Of a stretch of 64,000 nucleotides of DNA, positions 9,967 through 18,113 are shown piece by piece (the stretch's first letter is position 1; every line of letters begins with the position of its first letter). Source of the stretch: an uncultured virus (IMG/VR IMGVR_UViG_3300008954_000036) (Duplodnaviria > Heunggongvirae > Uroviricota > Caudoviricetes). The position numbers and the translations under genes were made by a program. The notes under the pieces were generated by a model. It saw only the letters and a program-made list of their open reading frames with translations. It ran no database searches and had not been told where the DNA came from. Where the stretch lies: IMG/VR virus record IMGVR_UViG_3300008954_000036; one strand, given 5' to 3'.

Positions 9967-10596
9967 ATGAAAAAAACATACGAAATTAAATTAAATACTG
10001 ATGATAGTTATGTAGTACCGGGGCTAACAAATAAACAACACCGTTTATATATAAGCTTAGATAAATTTATGGGGATTGTAATATTTGTCAACGGTAAAAA
10101 TACCCCCAAATTTAAGAAAAAGCCTACGCTTAAAAGCGGGGAATTAAAAAAGGATGTTTTCAAAATAAGCTGTAATAAAGAATCAGATTTTATATTAAAT
10201 AAGATTAATATAGATAATCTGGTATATGAAAAAGTTACAGGACGGGTAGATAATCGAACTCTAATAATTTCCTTATGGGTAAAAGATATAATAATCTTAG
10301 AATTATATTTACCAGATTTTAACTTTAGTGGTGATACAGAAACAGGAGGAGATAGTCACTGGAACTACAAAGATAACTTAATAAGACACGCAAACGAGCT
10401 AATTAGTAGAGCGCAAAGTGGTATGAAGATAGACAATAAGTGGGTTAAAGCTAATATAGATAACTACGAAAAAGGAAGGAAAGCGCATTTTAAAGACTGG
10501 AAAAAAAGAACCAGAGAAGAGGGTAATAGCATAGCCAGAGAGTTAACCAAATTAGTAAAAGGAGAAAGAGAATGGGATATAGAAGTGATGTTGTAA
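9967..10596 (+). CDS. Hypothetical protein
   Basis: Likely start MKKTY at 9967 after a purine-rich leader. Confidence 0.6.
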   Translation: MKKTYEIKLNTDDSYVVPGLTNKQHRLYISLDKFMGIVIFVNGKNTPKFKKKPTLKSGELKKDVFKISCNKESDFILNKINIDNLVYEKVTGRVDNRTLIISLWVKDIIILELYLPDFNFSGDTETGGDSHWNYKDNLIRHANELISRAQSGMKIDNKWVKANIDNYEKGRKAHFKDWKKRTREEGNSIARELTKLVKGEREWDIEVML

Positions 10597-11147
10597 TAAG
10601 AATAGACAGTAACGCAGTTACAAAAGAGTTCGAGAAGGGGTTAAAGGAGCATGAGATAGACTACCAGATAAATGAATTTTGTTTAGAGATAGAACTAGTA
10701 AGCGTGAAGTGGTACCCGGATATAGAGGAGGTTAAATTTATAATACACTTTTTGGATAAGCTGGCGGATAACCAGTATGGGCTTATAGAAATAGGGGAAG
10801 GAGAAAACATAAGAACAGAGGGGGAATACTGGGAGTTTGATTTAGGCTACTCAGTCACTATAACTAAAGGAGAATTCCAACGATCCCCTAAGCTCTCCCA
10901 TACGCTTAAGGTTTTTTGCTCCTCTAGCAAAATGAAGCTATCACAGTTTTTCATAGATAAAATAAATGAATGTGTGGACAAAAAAGACCCCGTAATAGCG
11001 GGTCAAATTTCAGAAACTTTTCGGTTTAAAGCCGGATTAAACTATACCCAAATCTACGAGCAGGTTATAGCAGTCGCAGAAATTAGCCTAGACGAATGGG
11101 ATACTCTGCTATACGAAGCAGATATCCTTAATAGCCAAACTTACTAA
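10572..11147 (+). CDS. Hypothetical phage protein (MGYRSDV N-terminus)
   Basis: AAGGAG RBS; 191 aa. Confidence 0.65.
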   Translation: MGYRSDVVIRIDSNAVTKEFEKGLKEHEIDYQINEFCLEIELVSVKWYPDIEEVKFIIHFLDKLADNQYGLIEIGEGENIRTEGEYWEFDLGYSVTITKGEFQRSPKLSHTLKVFCSSSKMKLSQFFIDKINECVDKKDPVIAGQISETFRFKAGLNYTQIYEQVIAVAEISLDEWDTLLYEADILNSQTY

Positions 11148-11212
11148 ACTACGAAACCACTTGCTAGAAATAGCCTGTGGTCTGCGGGTTAAACCCGTAC
11201 TGATGAGTAGTT
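11147..11212 (+). ncRNA. Type II hammerhead ribozyme (copy 2); predicted cleavage after C11182
   Basis: AACUAC-GAAA-C[CAC uu GCUA gaaa UAGC cu GUG]GUC-[UGCGGG uuaaa CCCGUA]-CUGAUGA-GUAGUU; compensatory changes relative to copy 1. Confidence 0.92.
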
Positions 11213-11233
11213 AGTTAACTAAGGAGAAAGAAA

Positions 11234-12103
11234 ATGAACGAGTATGAAAAGAAACAACAAGCTAGAAAGCAAAGGTATTTGGATAATGCTGATAAAGCTG
11301 AAAATAGAGCTGAGGAAGCCTTTACTAATGCTAGTAATTTATCTGAAGCTATGGTGCCGGGACAGCCTATCCTGGTAGGGCATCATTCTGAAAAGAAGCA
11401 TAGAAAACATCTTGATAAGATGGATAATCTTATGCGTAAAGGAGTAGAAGAAGATAAGAAAGCAGAATACTACAGAGACAAAGCGGATAGCGTAGGAACT
11501 GCCGGTATTTCTGCGGATGACCCGGGGGCTAAAAGAAAGCTGGAGGATAAAGTTGCAGAGCTAGAAGCCTCAAGAAAGGAAATGAGAGAACACAATAAGT
11601 TTATACGTAAACTGATAGGTAATGCGATAGCTAACAAAGGAGGGTTAACAGAAGAGAGTTCCTTGCTGTGCCGTACAAAATTAGCGGAAGCGCTGGAAAA
11701 AGACCCAGAAAACACAAGAATAAAAAAAGCTATTGATATGCTGGGCGCTAGAATTTGCCCCTTTGCTATGCCTATATACAAGAGTTTTGAATTATCTAAC
11801 TTAGGGCAAAATCTTACTAGGTATAAAAAACGCTTAGCTATGGAACAAAAGAAAGCTGAAATAGTAGAGAAAAACGAGGGTAAAAACCCTGAGACTATGA
11901 GAAACGGGGTACGGATATTGCAGAATTTCGAGGATAATAGACTACAACTATTTTTCCCTGGTAAGCCAGACAGAGATTCCCGCACAAAGCTAAAGAAGGC
12001 CGGTTTTAGGTGGTCTAGGCTTAATGGGTGTTGGCAAGCATACAATAACAACAGGGCGCTGAGTTTACTAAATGAAGTAACTAAAGACTGGGAAAAGGAG
12101 TAA
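11234..12103 (+). CDS. DUF3560-like protein
   Basis: YEKKQQARKQRY...GQPILVGHHSEKKHR...ISADDP, plus a C-terminal GFRWS motif. Confidence 0.75.
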   Translation: MNEYEKKQQARKQRYLDNADKAENRAEEAFTNASNLSEAMVPGQPILVGHHSEKKHRKHLDKMDNLMRKGVEEDKKAEYYRDKADSVGTAGISADDPGAKRKLEDKVAELEASRKEMREHNKFIRKLIGNAIANKGGLTEESSLLCRTKLAEALEKDPENTRIKKAIDMLGARICPFAMPIYKSFELSNLGQNLTRYKKRLAMEQKKAEIVEKNEGKNPETMRNGVRILQNFEDNRLQLFFPGKPDRDSRTKLKKAGFRWSRLNGCWQAYNNNRALSLLNEVTKDWEKE

Positions 12104-12107
12104 GAGA

Positions 12108-12392
12108 ATGAATGATTTTTACTATGCGGGAAACTGTAAGGGATTAGAGGCGGAGGATATAGAGGCTATGGTAGACGCTAGGCAAAGTATTAGCTATGCG
12201 ACTATCACAAGAAGAGTCTGTAAGTCTGATTTAAGAGACTTTAAGAGGCGAAGAGGTTATGTAGTAGGAGATAAATTAACCCTAGAGAACGCCTATGCTG
12301 TGAGGTTTTACAAGTCTATGTTTAAGGGTAAGCTTTGCTACTATATAGAGCATAACAGAATAGAGTATATATTTTTAAGAGATGAGGAGTAA
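12108..12392 (+). CDS. Hypothetical protein
   Basis: AAGGAGTAAGAGAATG leader. Confidence 0.6.
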   Translation: MNDFYYAGNCKGLEAEDIEAMVDARQSISYATITRRVCKSDLRDFKRRRGYVVGDKLTLENAYAVRFYKSMFKGKLCYYIEHNRIEYIFLRDEE

Positions 12393-12396
12393 GAGA

Positions 12397-12684
12397 ATGA
12401 ATGAGATTGATTTTAATAAGGGTTCTTGGCTGTTCAGAACTACTGGCGAAGTTGAACAAATAAGCCCAGAACGTGATAACTGTTTTAGCCTGGAAGAAAT
12501 GCAGAGATACGTTAACGGCTTAATCCAAATTGTAGGAAGCCCTATAGGAGGCAAGGAGGTCTACTGTAATGAAGAAGGCCTACTTTATGATTTACCGGTA
12601 AATATGGCCTATTTATTACATTTTGACCAGGAGCTTAGGGGTAATGTATTGCTACTGTGTGAAAAGCAGTTATCTGTAGGTTAA
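12397..12684 (+). CDS. DUF3846-like protein
   Basis: SLEEMQRYVNGLIQIV...YCNEEGLLYDLPVN. Confidence 0.65.
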   Translation: MNEIDFNKGSWLFRTTGEVEQISPERDNCFSLEEMQRYVNGLIQIVGSPIGGKEVYCNEEGLLYDLPVNMAYLLHFDQELRGNVLLLCEKQLSVG

Positions 12685-13012
12685 AAATTAGTAACAAAGG
12701 AGACGGAAACATGAAATTATACATTTACAAATGCGGGGGGGGCCGGGGCCAAGCCCCTATAACAGAAAACATAAACATTAAGGATGGCGACAGCCCTTAT
12801 GTTGAAAAAAGGGCCATGGCCATATACGAGGAGGTCGGGCCCTTCATTGCAAGGGACCCCGACACCCTGAACGAAGTGCTTTCCGTCGTTTACCTCACCG
12901 ACGGGAAGCCGGCTTACACCTGGGGCTAAAAATGGTCAGGGGGTTAGGGGGTAATGTATTGCTACTGTGTGAAAAGCATTTATCTGTAGGTTAAAAATTA
13001 GTAACAAAGGAG
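12635..13012 (+). repeat. About 68-bp direct repeat (12635-12702 and 12944-13012) flanking an inserted gene
   Basis: Near-identical GGGGTAATGTATTGCTACTGTGTGAAAAGCA(G/T)TTATCTGTAGGTTAAAAATTAGTAACAAAGGAG, offset about 310 bp. Confidence 0.9.
12711..12929 (+). CDS. Hypothetical protein, GC-richer inserted gene
   Basis: 72 aa, lying between the direct repeats; many C/G-ending codons. Confidence 0.6.
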   Translation: MKLYIYKCGGGRGQAPITENINIKDGDSPYVEKRAMAIYEEVGPFIARDPDTLNEVLSVVYLTDGKPAYTWG

Positions 13013-13019
13013 TAAGAGG

Positions 13020-13421
13020 ATGGAAGAAAATACATTAAAAATAGAAATTGAACTAAGCGAAGATAAGCTACTGAATTGGGTAGCGTTAATGAATTCAAAC
13101 CCCGATACTAAAGATACTATTAAGCATATAGACGATATCAAAAAATTTATTGAAACTTATATAAAAACTAGAGTTAATCCTATATCTCATATACAGTTTG
13201 CTAGCAGTGCAAGGCAAAAAGCTAAAAAGGTTTTGGAAAGTTTAATGCTTTACAGCCTGGGCAGGCCCATAGAAGGCGTGAGCTTAAACGGCCTGGAGTG
13301 GGTTTTGAACAAAAACAACGAGGTCAGGATAAAACCTCTAGGTTTTTGGCTAAAAAAAATGGAGTGCGACAGCGCGGGCGAACTAGAAGATTTAGGGTTT
13401 ATTCTGCGAAAGGAGGAATGA
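13020..13421 (+). CDS. Hypothetical protein
   Basis: AAGGAG RBS; motif shared with 9002..9301. Confidence 0.6.
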   Translation: MEENTLKIEIELSEDKLLNWVALMNSNPDTKDTIKHIDDIKKFIETYIKTRVNPISHIQFASSARQKAKKVLESLMLYSLGRPIEGVSLNGLEWVLNKNNEVRIKPLGFWLKKMECDSAGELEDLGFILRKEE

Positions 13422-13485
13422 TGGGAACATATTTTAACTTTAAGACCTCGGACCCGGAAAGGGTAAACGTCTTATTCTAGGCAAG

Positions 13486-13781
13486 ATAGAAAACCTGAAT
13501 ACGGATAATTTTGAGTCAGAATAATTCTGAATGAAAACGAATCCAAGTTGGGTTATAGTATTAGCGTAGTATCTACTACATCAAAAGCAAGACATACCGC
13601 CTTTGTAGGAGGTGGTTAGGCAAAAAGTAAAAGAAAGTCTTTTGCTGGATGCCAGAAAACCCCTAGCATTAAACTTACGATGAGAGGCGTGTTGGGGGTT
13701 TTTGATATCTAAGGAAACTGGCAAAGACACTTAGAGATAGTTTAGCCCTTAACTTAACTATTACTGAGCCTAGTTTTCTAT
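13486..13781 (+). ncRNA. Candidate structured (pseudoknotted) noncoding RNA, family unassigned
   Basis: Nested helices with plus-strand G-U pairs and a TGCCAG/CTGGCA pseudoknot; no long plus-strand ORF. Confidence 0.4.
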
Positions 13782-13838
13782 ACCCTGTCCCTGTAATGGG
13801 GGCAGGGTTTTGTTTATTGAGAAGAAAGGAGTTTAAGG

Positions 13839-14468
13839 ATGGGAAAGAAAAAAGAAGAGCTAGAAACACTGGTTATTGATTACCGGGACGTTGAGCTGGA
13901 AGTAGTGGATAAGCATATCCCTGAAACTGAGGAAAAGTCTGTGTTTACCGGTAGGAAGATTGAACAGTTTAGGAGGCATACTGAGGATAGGATTAAGAAC
14001 CGAAGTGAGTTTCTTAAAAAGCTTTGTATAACAGAGAGTATAGACGGTATAGGTTGGTTTGACATTAGGGGTAGAAGGTTTCGCAGTTCCAGAAAAAGAA
14101 AAGTAGATATTGTTATGTCTGATTGGGGGCTTACAGAAGGTAATGTTTTATCGCAGGAGGTTACTAAAGAAGTTGCAATGCTGAATGTTAGTACTAATAG
14201 AAAACTATACAATTTGCTTATGGGGAAAGAAAACTGTGAGGTTAATTTATACCTGGAAAACCCTGCTTATATTTACCAGATTATTGCTACTCAGTTTCAT
14301 AGTAATGGAATGCCTAAAACTACGGGATGGTATTTGTTTGTGATTTATAAGGTGGATGAGCTAGAGGAGCAGTCATTACTAGCAGAACTACAGGTTAAGG
14401 ATTCTATTATTGTGGCTGTTACTTATGATGGGGGAGCTTTGAGAGAAGATTGTGCAATAGGGATGTGA
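13839..14468 (+). CDS. Hypothetical protein
   Basis: AAGGAG RBS; 209 aa. Confidence 0.65.
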   Translation: MGKKKEELETLVIDYRDVELEVVDKHIPETEEKSVFTGRKIEQFRRHTEDRIKNRSEFLKKLCITESIDGIGWFDIRGRRFRSSRKRKVDIVMSDWGLTEGNVLSQEVTKEVAMLNVSTNRKLYNLLMGKENCEVNLYLENPAYIYQIIATQFHSNGMPKTTGWYLFVIYKVDELEEQSLLAELQVKDSIIVAVTYDGGALREDCAIGM

Positions 14469-14513
14469 GTTGTAATATCCTTTGTTTTATTTGTTCGGTG
14501 TGTCTTGTTTGTA

Positions 14514-14544
14514 TCCTACGTATACTCCTAGAGTATACGTAGGA
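14514..14544. repeat. Perfect 14-bp inverted repeat with 3-nt loop
   Basis: TCCTACGTATACTC-CTA-GAGTATACGTAGGA. Confidence 0.8.
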
Positions 14545-14828
14545 GGGGAGTAGGTTTCAATAGTTGTAATGCGTGGGGAAGTTTGGGTATTTTTTCCCAA
14601 AGTTTGCGCTAAAAGTATAGGGGGTATCGGGAACCAAAAATAGAGGTAGTGGGGGTGGTGGTGTGGAGGGGGTTTTTATAGTGGGGGACAGCCAAAAACT
14701 AAAACTACCCCTAGAAATAAAACTAGGATAACTACTAGAAAAACTACCCATGTTACTATTTAGACGAGCCAGGAGGACAACGACTCGCCGGCTCATAGTA
14801 TTAATAGTTTACAAAGGGAGATGGAAAC

Positions 14829-15026
14829 ATGAATATTATTAAAATGCTGAAGAAGTCAGTTCCTGATTACTATCAGGAACTGGATTTGCGGGTCCATTTC
14901 ACGGACCCAGCCTCAAGAGGGCCGGAGTACGGCCAGCTGATGGAATATCTTGAAGATGGGCGGGACATTTTTGTTCCCGCCCCGGGGTTAGATGCACCAT
15001 TTATTGTGTGCATCAAAGACTTTTAA
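14829..15026 (+). CDS. Hypothetical protein
   Basis: GGGAGATGGAAACATG leader, similar to that of the 12711 gene. Confidence 0.55.
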   Translation: MNIIKMLKKSVPDYYQELDLRVHFTDPASRGPEYGQLMEYLEDGRDIFVPAPGLDAPFIVCIKDF

Positions 15027-15049
15027 TTTTTAACAAAAGGAATGGAATT

Positions 15050-15421
15050 ATGAAAGAAACTAAAACTAATGAAATAGAACTAGATCAAGAGCTTGAGCAT
15101 TTTTTCGCAGTAGCTACTGCGAAAAAAGACAGGACCAGGAGTGGAATTATGGAAGCCCTAGGGCTGAGTCGGGATATTGTCCCGATTCTGGAGGTGGTCA
15201 ACGAGCAAACGCTAGCGCTTGCGCTAGCGTTCATTCAGAAAGATATAGTACCGCGTCTTGGCGGTGCACCTTTGGTCACAACCAAGGGGACGGGGGGACA
15301 ATTAACCTTAAAAGTAGAGCTTCTTGATAAATGTATGCACAAGAAGCTCTTCACAGTGATGAGGATACAAGGAAGGTCGACCTTCGTTCTTTGCGGAGTG
15401 AATCAAATAATCAAGAGCTAG
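15050..15421 (+). CDS. Hypothetical protein
   Basis: Likely start MKETK at 15050. Confidence 0.55.
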   Translation: MKETKTNEIELDQELEHFFAVATAKKDRTRSGIMEALGLSRDIVPILEVVNEQTLALALAFIQKDIVPRLGGAPLVTTKGTGGQLTLKVELLDKCMHKKLFTVMRIQGRSTFVLCGVNQIIKS

Positions 15422-15589
15422 CTATGCTAGCTCTTGGTTTCATACTCGGCTTAGCAGTAGGACTTGCCCTACTGCTAGGCCAAGACTAAAATTATGGGGG
15501 GCCGGTTACCCAGGCCGGCCCCCCAACTACTAGCTAGTGGCCTACGATTATTACTAGATTTTACCGGAAGGGGCGGCGAAATGGTCGTA

Positions 15590-15744
15590 TACAATATTAT
15601 TAAAATTTAGTAGGGGGTAGTAGGTAAAACCTAATAAAATAGTTGCGTACAATATTATTAAAATTTAGTAGGGGGTAGTAGGTAAAACCTAAATAGTCGT
15701 ATACAATATTATTAAAATTTAGTAGGGGGGTAGTAGGTAAAACC
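15590..15744. repeat. Three tandem 42-43-bp direct repeats (iteron-like)
   Basis: TACAATATTATTAAAATTTAGTAGGGGG(G)TAGTAGGTAAAACC at 15590, 15648 and 15702. Confidence 0.9.
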
Positions 15745-15769
15745 CGCACCTAAAGGCGACTGAGGTATA

Positions 15770-16252
15770 TTACTCAGGAAATTGGATATCTTTGTAGACT
15801 ATATTCCAAGCCATAAATACTACAGAATTACAGACCTGCTCCATAGAAATAGACTTAACCTGGATAATCGAATTCCAAGGTAATGATCTCCAAGATTCTT
15901 CTGTTAACTCATCTATAGAAGTAACACCCTGTTTGCATAAGTAATCTAAAATGAACTTATTATGGACAGAGAAGAAATTGATAGCTTTGTCGGTGAAAGT
16001 ACAATCTAGGTAGTCTATTAAAGAGTCAACATCGTGATTATCAAAGAACTGAGATACTTCATTTCCTTTTATTCTTAGAGCCTCTAATTCTGGGTTTATA
16101 AATTCTACTTCTTGATCAGTTTCTTCTACCAAACCCACTTCAACTAAACTTACACCAGAAGTTTCATTATCTACACTAACTGAAACTTCTTCTGAGGAAG
16201 AGGATAAAGTTTTGATAACTGATTTGTTATTCATTAGAATCCTCCTTCTCAT
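15770..16252 (-). CDS. Hypothetical acidic protein
   Basis: 160-aa ORF; the true start may be the second Met (16231). Confidence 0.6.
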   Translation of the reverse strand: MRRRILMNNKSVIKTLSSSSEEVSVSVDNETSGVSLVEVGLVEETDQEVEFINPELEALRIKGNEVSQFFDNHDVDSLIDYLDCTFTDKAINFFSVHNKFILDYLCKQGVTSIDELTEESWRSLPWNSIIQVKSISMEQVCNSVVFMAWNIVYKDIQFPE

Positions 16253-16682
16253 CTTTCTCGATCCTATCTAAAAGGTTTTCTAACTTGCAGTAAAGGGATA
16301 AACTAATAGCTTGAGATTCACTACAAAACCCATTTAAAATCTCACTAATGATTTTTACAGCTTCTATTCTACTTTCTTTTAAATCAATCTCTGGAAACTG
16401 TTCTTTCCAAAAGTCTTCTACAAAAGTAAAGTTTTTATCTGCCCCTACTTCTAACCAACCATGATCTACAGCCAAATAAAGACTCTGGTTTAAATCATGC
16501 CCTGATTGTAAAGAAGAAGTTTGATAACATTCCATACAGTCACGAAGGATAAAAGGTTTAAACCCCTGAAACTTATTAAGCATTTCCATTAACAAGCTAT
16601 AAATAAAAGTGCTTTGGGTATCCAAACTATCTAACTCTATCTTCTCATATTTCATGTTTTTCCTTTTTTGCTCAATATTCAA
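16227..16682 (-). CDS. Hypothetical protein
   Basis: 151-aa ORF overlapping the downstream gene; the start may be at 16655. Confidence 0.6.
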   Translation of the reverse strand: MNIEQKRKNMKYEKIELDSLDTQSTFIYSLLMEMLNKFQGFKPFILRDCMECYQTSSLQSGHDLNQSLYLAVDHGWLEVGADKNFTFVEDFWKEQFPEIDLKESRIEAVKIISEILNGFCSESQAISLSLYCKLENLLDRIEKDEKEDSNE

Positions 16683-16768
16683 ATAATATTATAACTATAC
16701 TTAAGATTACTTAAATACTAGTATAACACAGTGATTAAGAATTGTATGCTATATTCGTATACTATTAT

Positions 16769-16798
16769 AAAAAAGTGAAACCCCCGAAGGGGTTTCAT
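16769..16798 (-). terminator. Rho-independent terminator
   Basis: Minus strand ATGAAACCCC-TTCG-GGGGTTTCAC-TTTTTT. Confidence 0.75.
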
Positions 16799-17359
16799 AC
16801 TCTTTCGCTGTATTTAACTATCTTCTAGCTTTCATTACCTTCTATTATGTGAAGTTATTTTTTATTTCATACTCAGACTAAAAAAGAATTTTAACTTATA
16901 GAGGCGAAGCCTCAAGTTAATCAAAGCAAGTATCTTTAAAAGAGACACAGATTAAAAGTGTTTACCCTGAGGAGTTGTATTGTATACAAACATTCTCAGG
17001 GCTGTAAATTATTAAAACCATCCCTTACTGGCAGTATTGTGATAGTAATGTGATACCCTGAATCATTCAAAGACTTATTTCAACTGTCTAAGCCAGTCGA
17101 AATTATTCGATAAAGCGAAGCTTCACCTAATAAAAAAAAGAAAGAAAAGGGTAAAAGAAAGAAAAACGATGCCCGTAGGGGAACATATTTTTTCATATGT
17201 TGTCAAATCCGAAATTAAAGTTTTTTTGAAAGTAGGGTAAAAACCCTTTAATACGAATTGAAATAGCTCTAATTTCTATACAAATACTAGGAAAAACTAG
17301 GAATTACGGCTATAAGTAAAAAATTTGTAGCCGGAACTACTGATTAACAGCGGAAACTA

Positions 17360-17998
17360 CTATTTTTTATAAATTCCACGAAAAAAGAACCAATTTCCAT
17401 CTTTTTTTATGATTTCGTTTAAAGCTAGGAAATTCATTTTCTTAGGTTGCGGGATATCATACCCGGAGTATCTAAGCATATTCCACGCACTTTGATAGAG
17501 CCTTTCTTGGTGGCGGTCCATTTCTTCTAAAGTACGGAATACCACTTTTATATTTCTACAGGCCAGCTCATATCTTACTTGCCGGATAAGGAGGAACAGA
17601 TGGCGGATGCTTTCTTCCTCTATCTCCATTCTAAAATCGAATTCCCAGTTCTCGTAGTCATCCTCGTTTAGCATAAAAGAGAAGTCTTTGCCTATAACGC
17701 ATACTGTTACTAATTTATCGTTCTTAGATAAGTAGAGCTTTAATTGCTGGTAAATTTCCTGGAGGTAGGCTACTTCCCAAGTATCTTTAACTAGCATAGA
17801 ACGTATGATTGCTCTTTGTTTGCTAACTAAGAATTTGTTATTGAAGAAATCAAACGATATAATACGTATTACATCGTTCTTTTTAGGTAGCCCAAACTTG
17901 AGTTGAACCTTGTTCCTGATCTTCGCCCATTCCCTAGCAAAACTTGGAAGTTTACATAATTGCATTAGCATTTGATTTTTTCGTTTATGAGGGTTCAT
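17360..17998 (-). CDS. Hypothetical protein
   Basis: 212 aa; AGGAG RBS on the minus strand. Confidence 0.65.
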   Translation of the reverse strand: MNPHKRKNQMLMQLCKLPSFAREWAKIRNKVQLKFGLPKKNDVIRIISFDFFNNKFLVSKQRAIIRSMLVKDTWEVAYLQEIYQQLKLYLSKNDKLVTVCVIGKDFSFMLNEDDYENWEFDFRMEIEEESIRHLFLLIRQVRYELACRNIKVVFRTLEEMDRHQERLYQSAWNMLRYSGYDIPQPKKMNFLALNEIIKKDGNWFFFRGIYKK

Positions 17999-18017
17999 CT
18001 AAATAACAATCTCCTAT

Positions 18018-18046
18018 TTGACTTCAAGCTACGTAGACCCGATAAT
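18018..18046 (+). promoter_or_regulatory. Sigma70-like promoter for the packaging genes
   Basis: TTGACT-N17-GATAAT. Confidence 0.55.
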
Positions 18047-18113
18047 ATAACTATAGCGTTATGGTTTGGGATTATCATGCAGATAACCGGGTTTTTCCTA
18101 ATGCTATGTAATC

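Noticed and set aside
15590..15744. CRISPR array
   Set aside because: The linkers are only 12-16 bp and resemble each other, and there are no cas genes.
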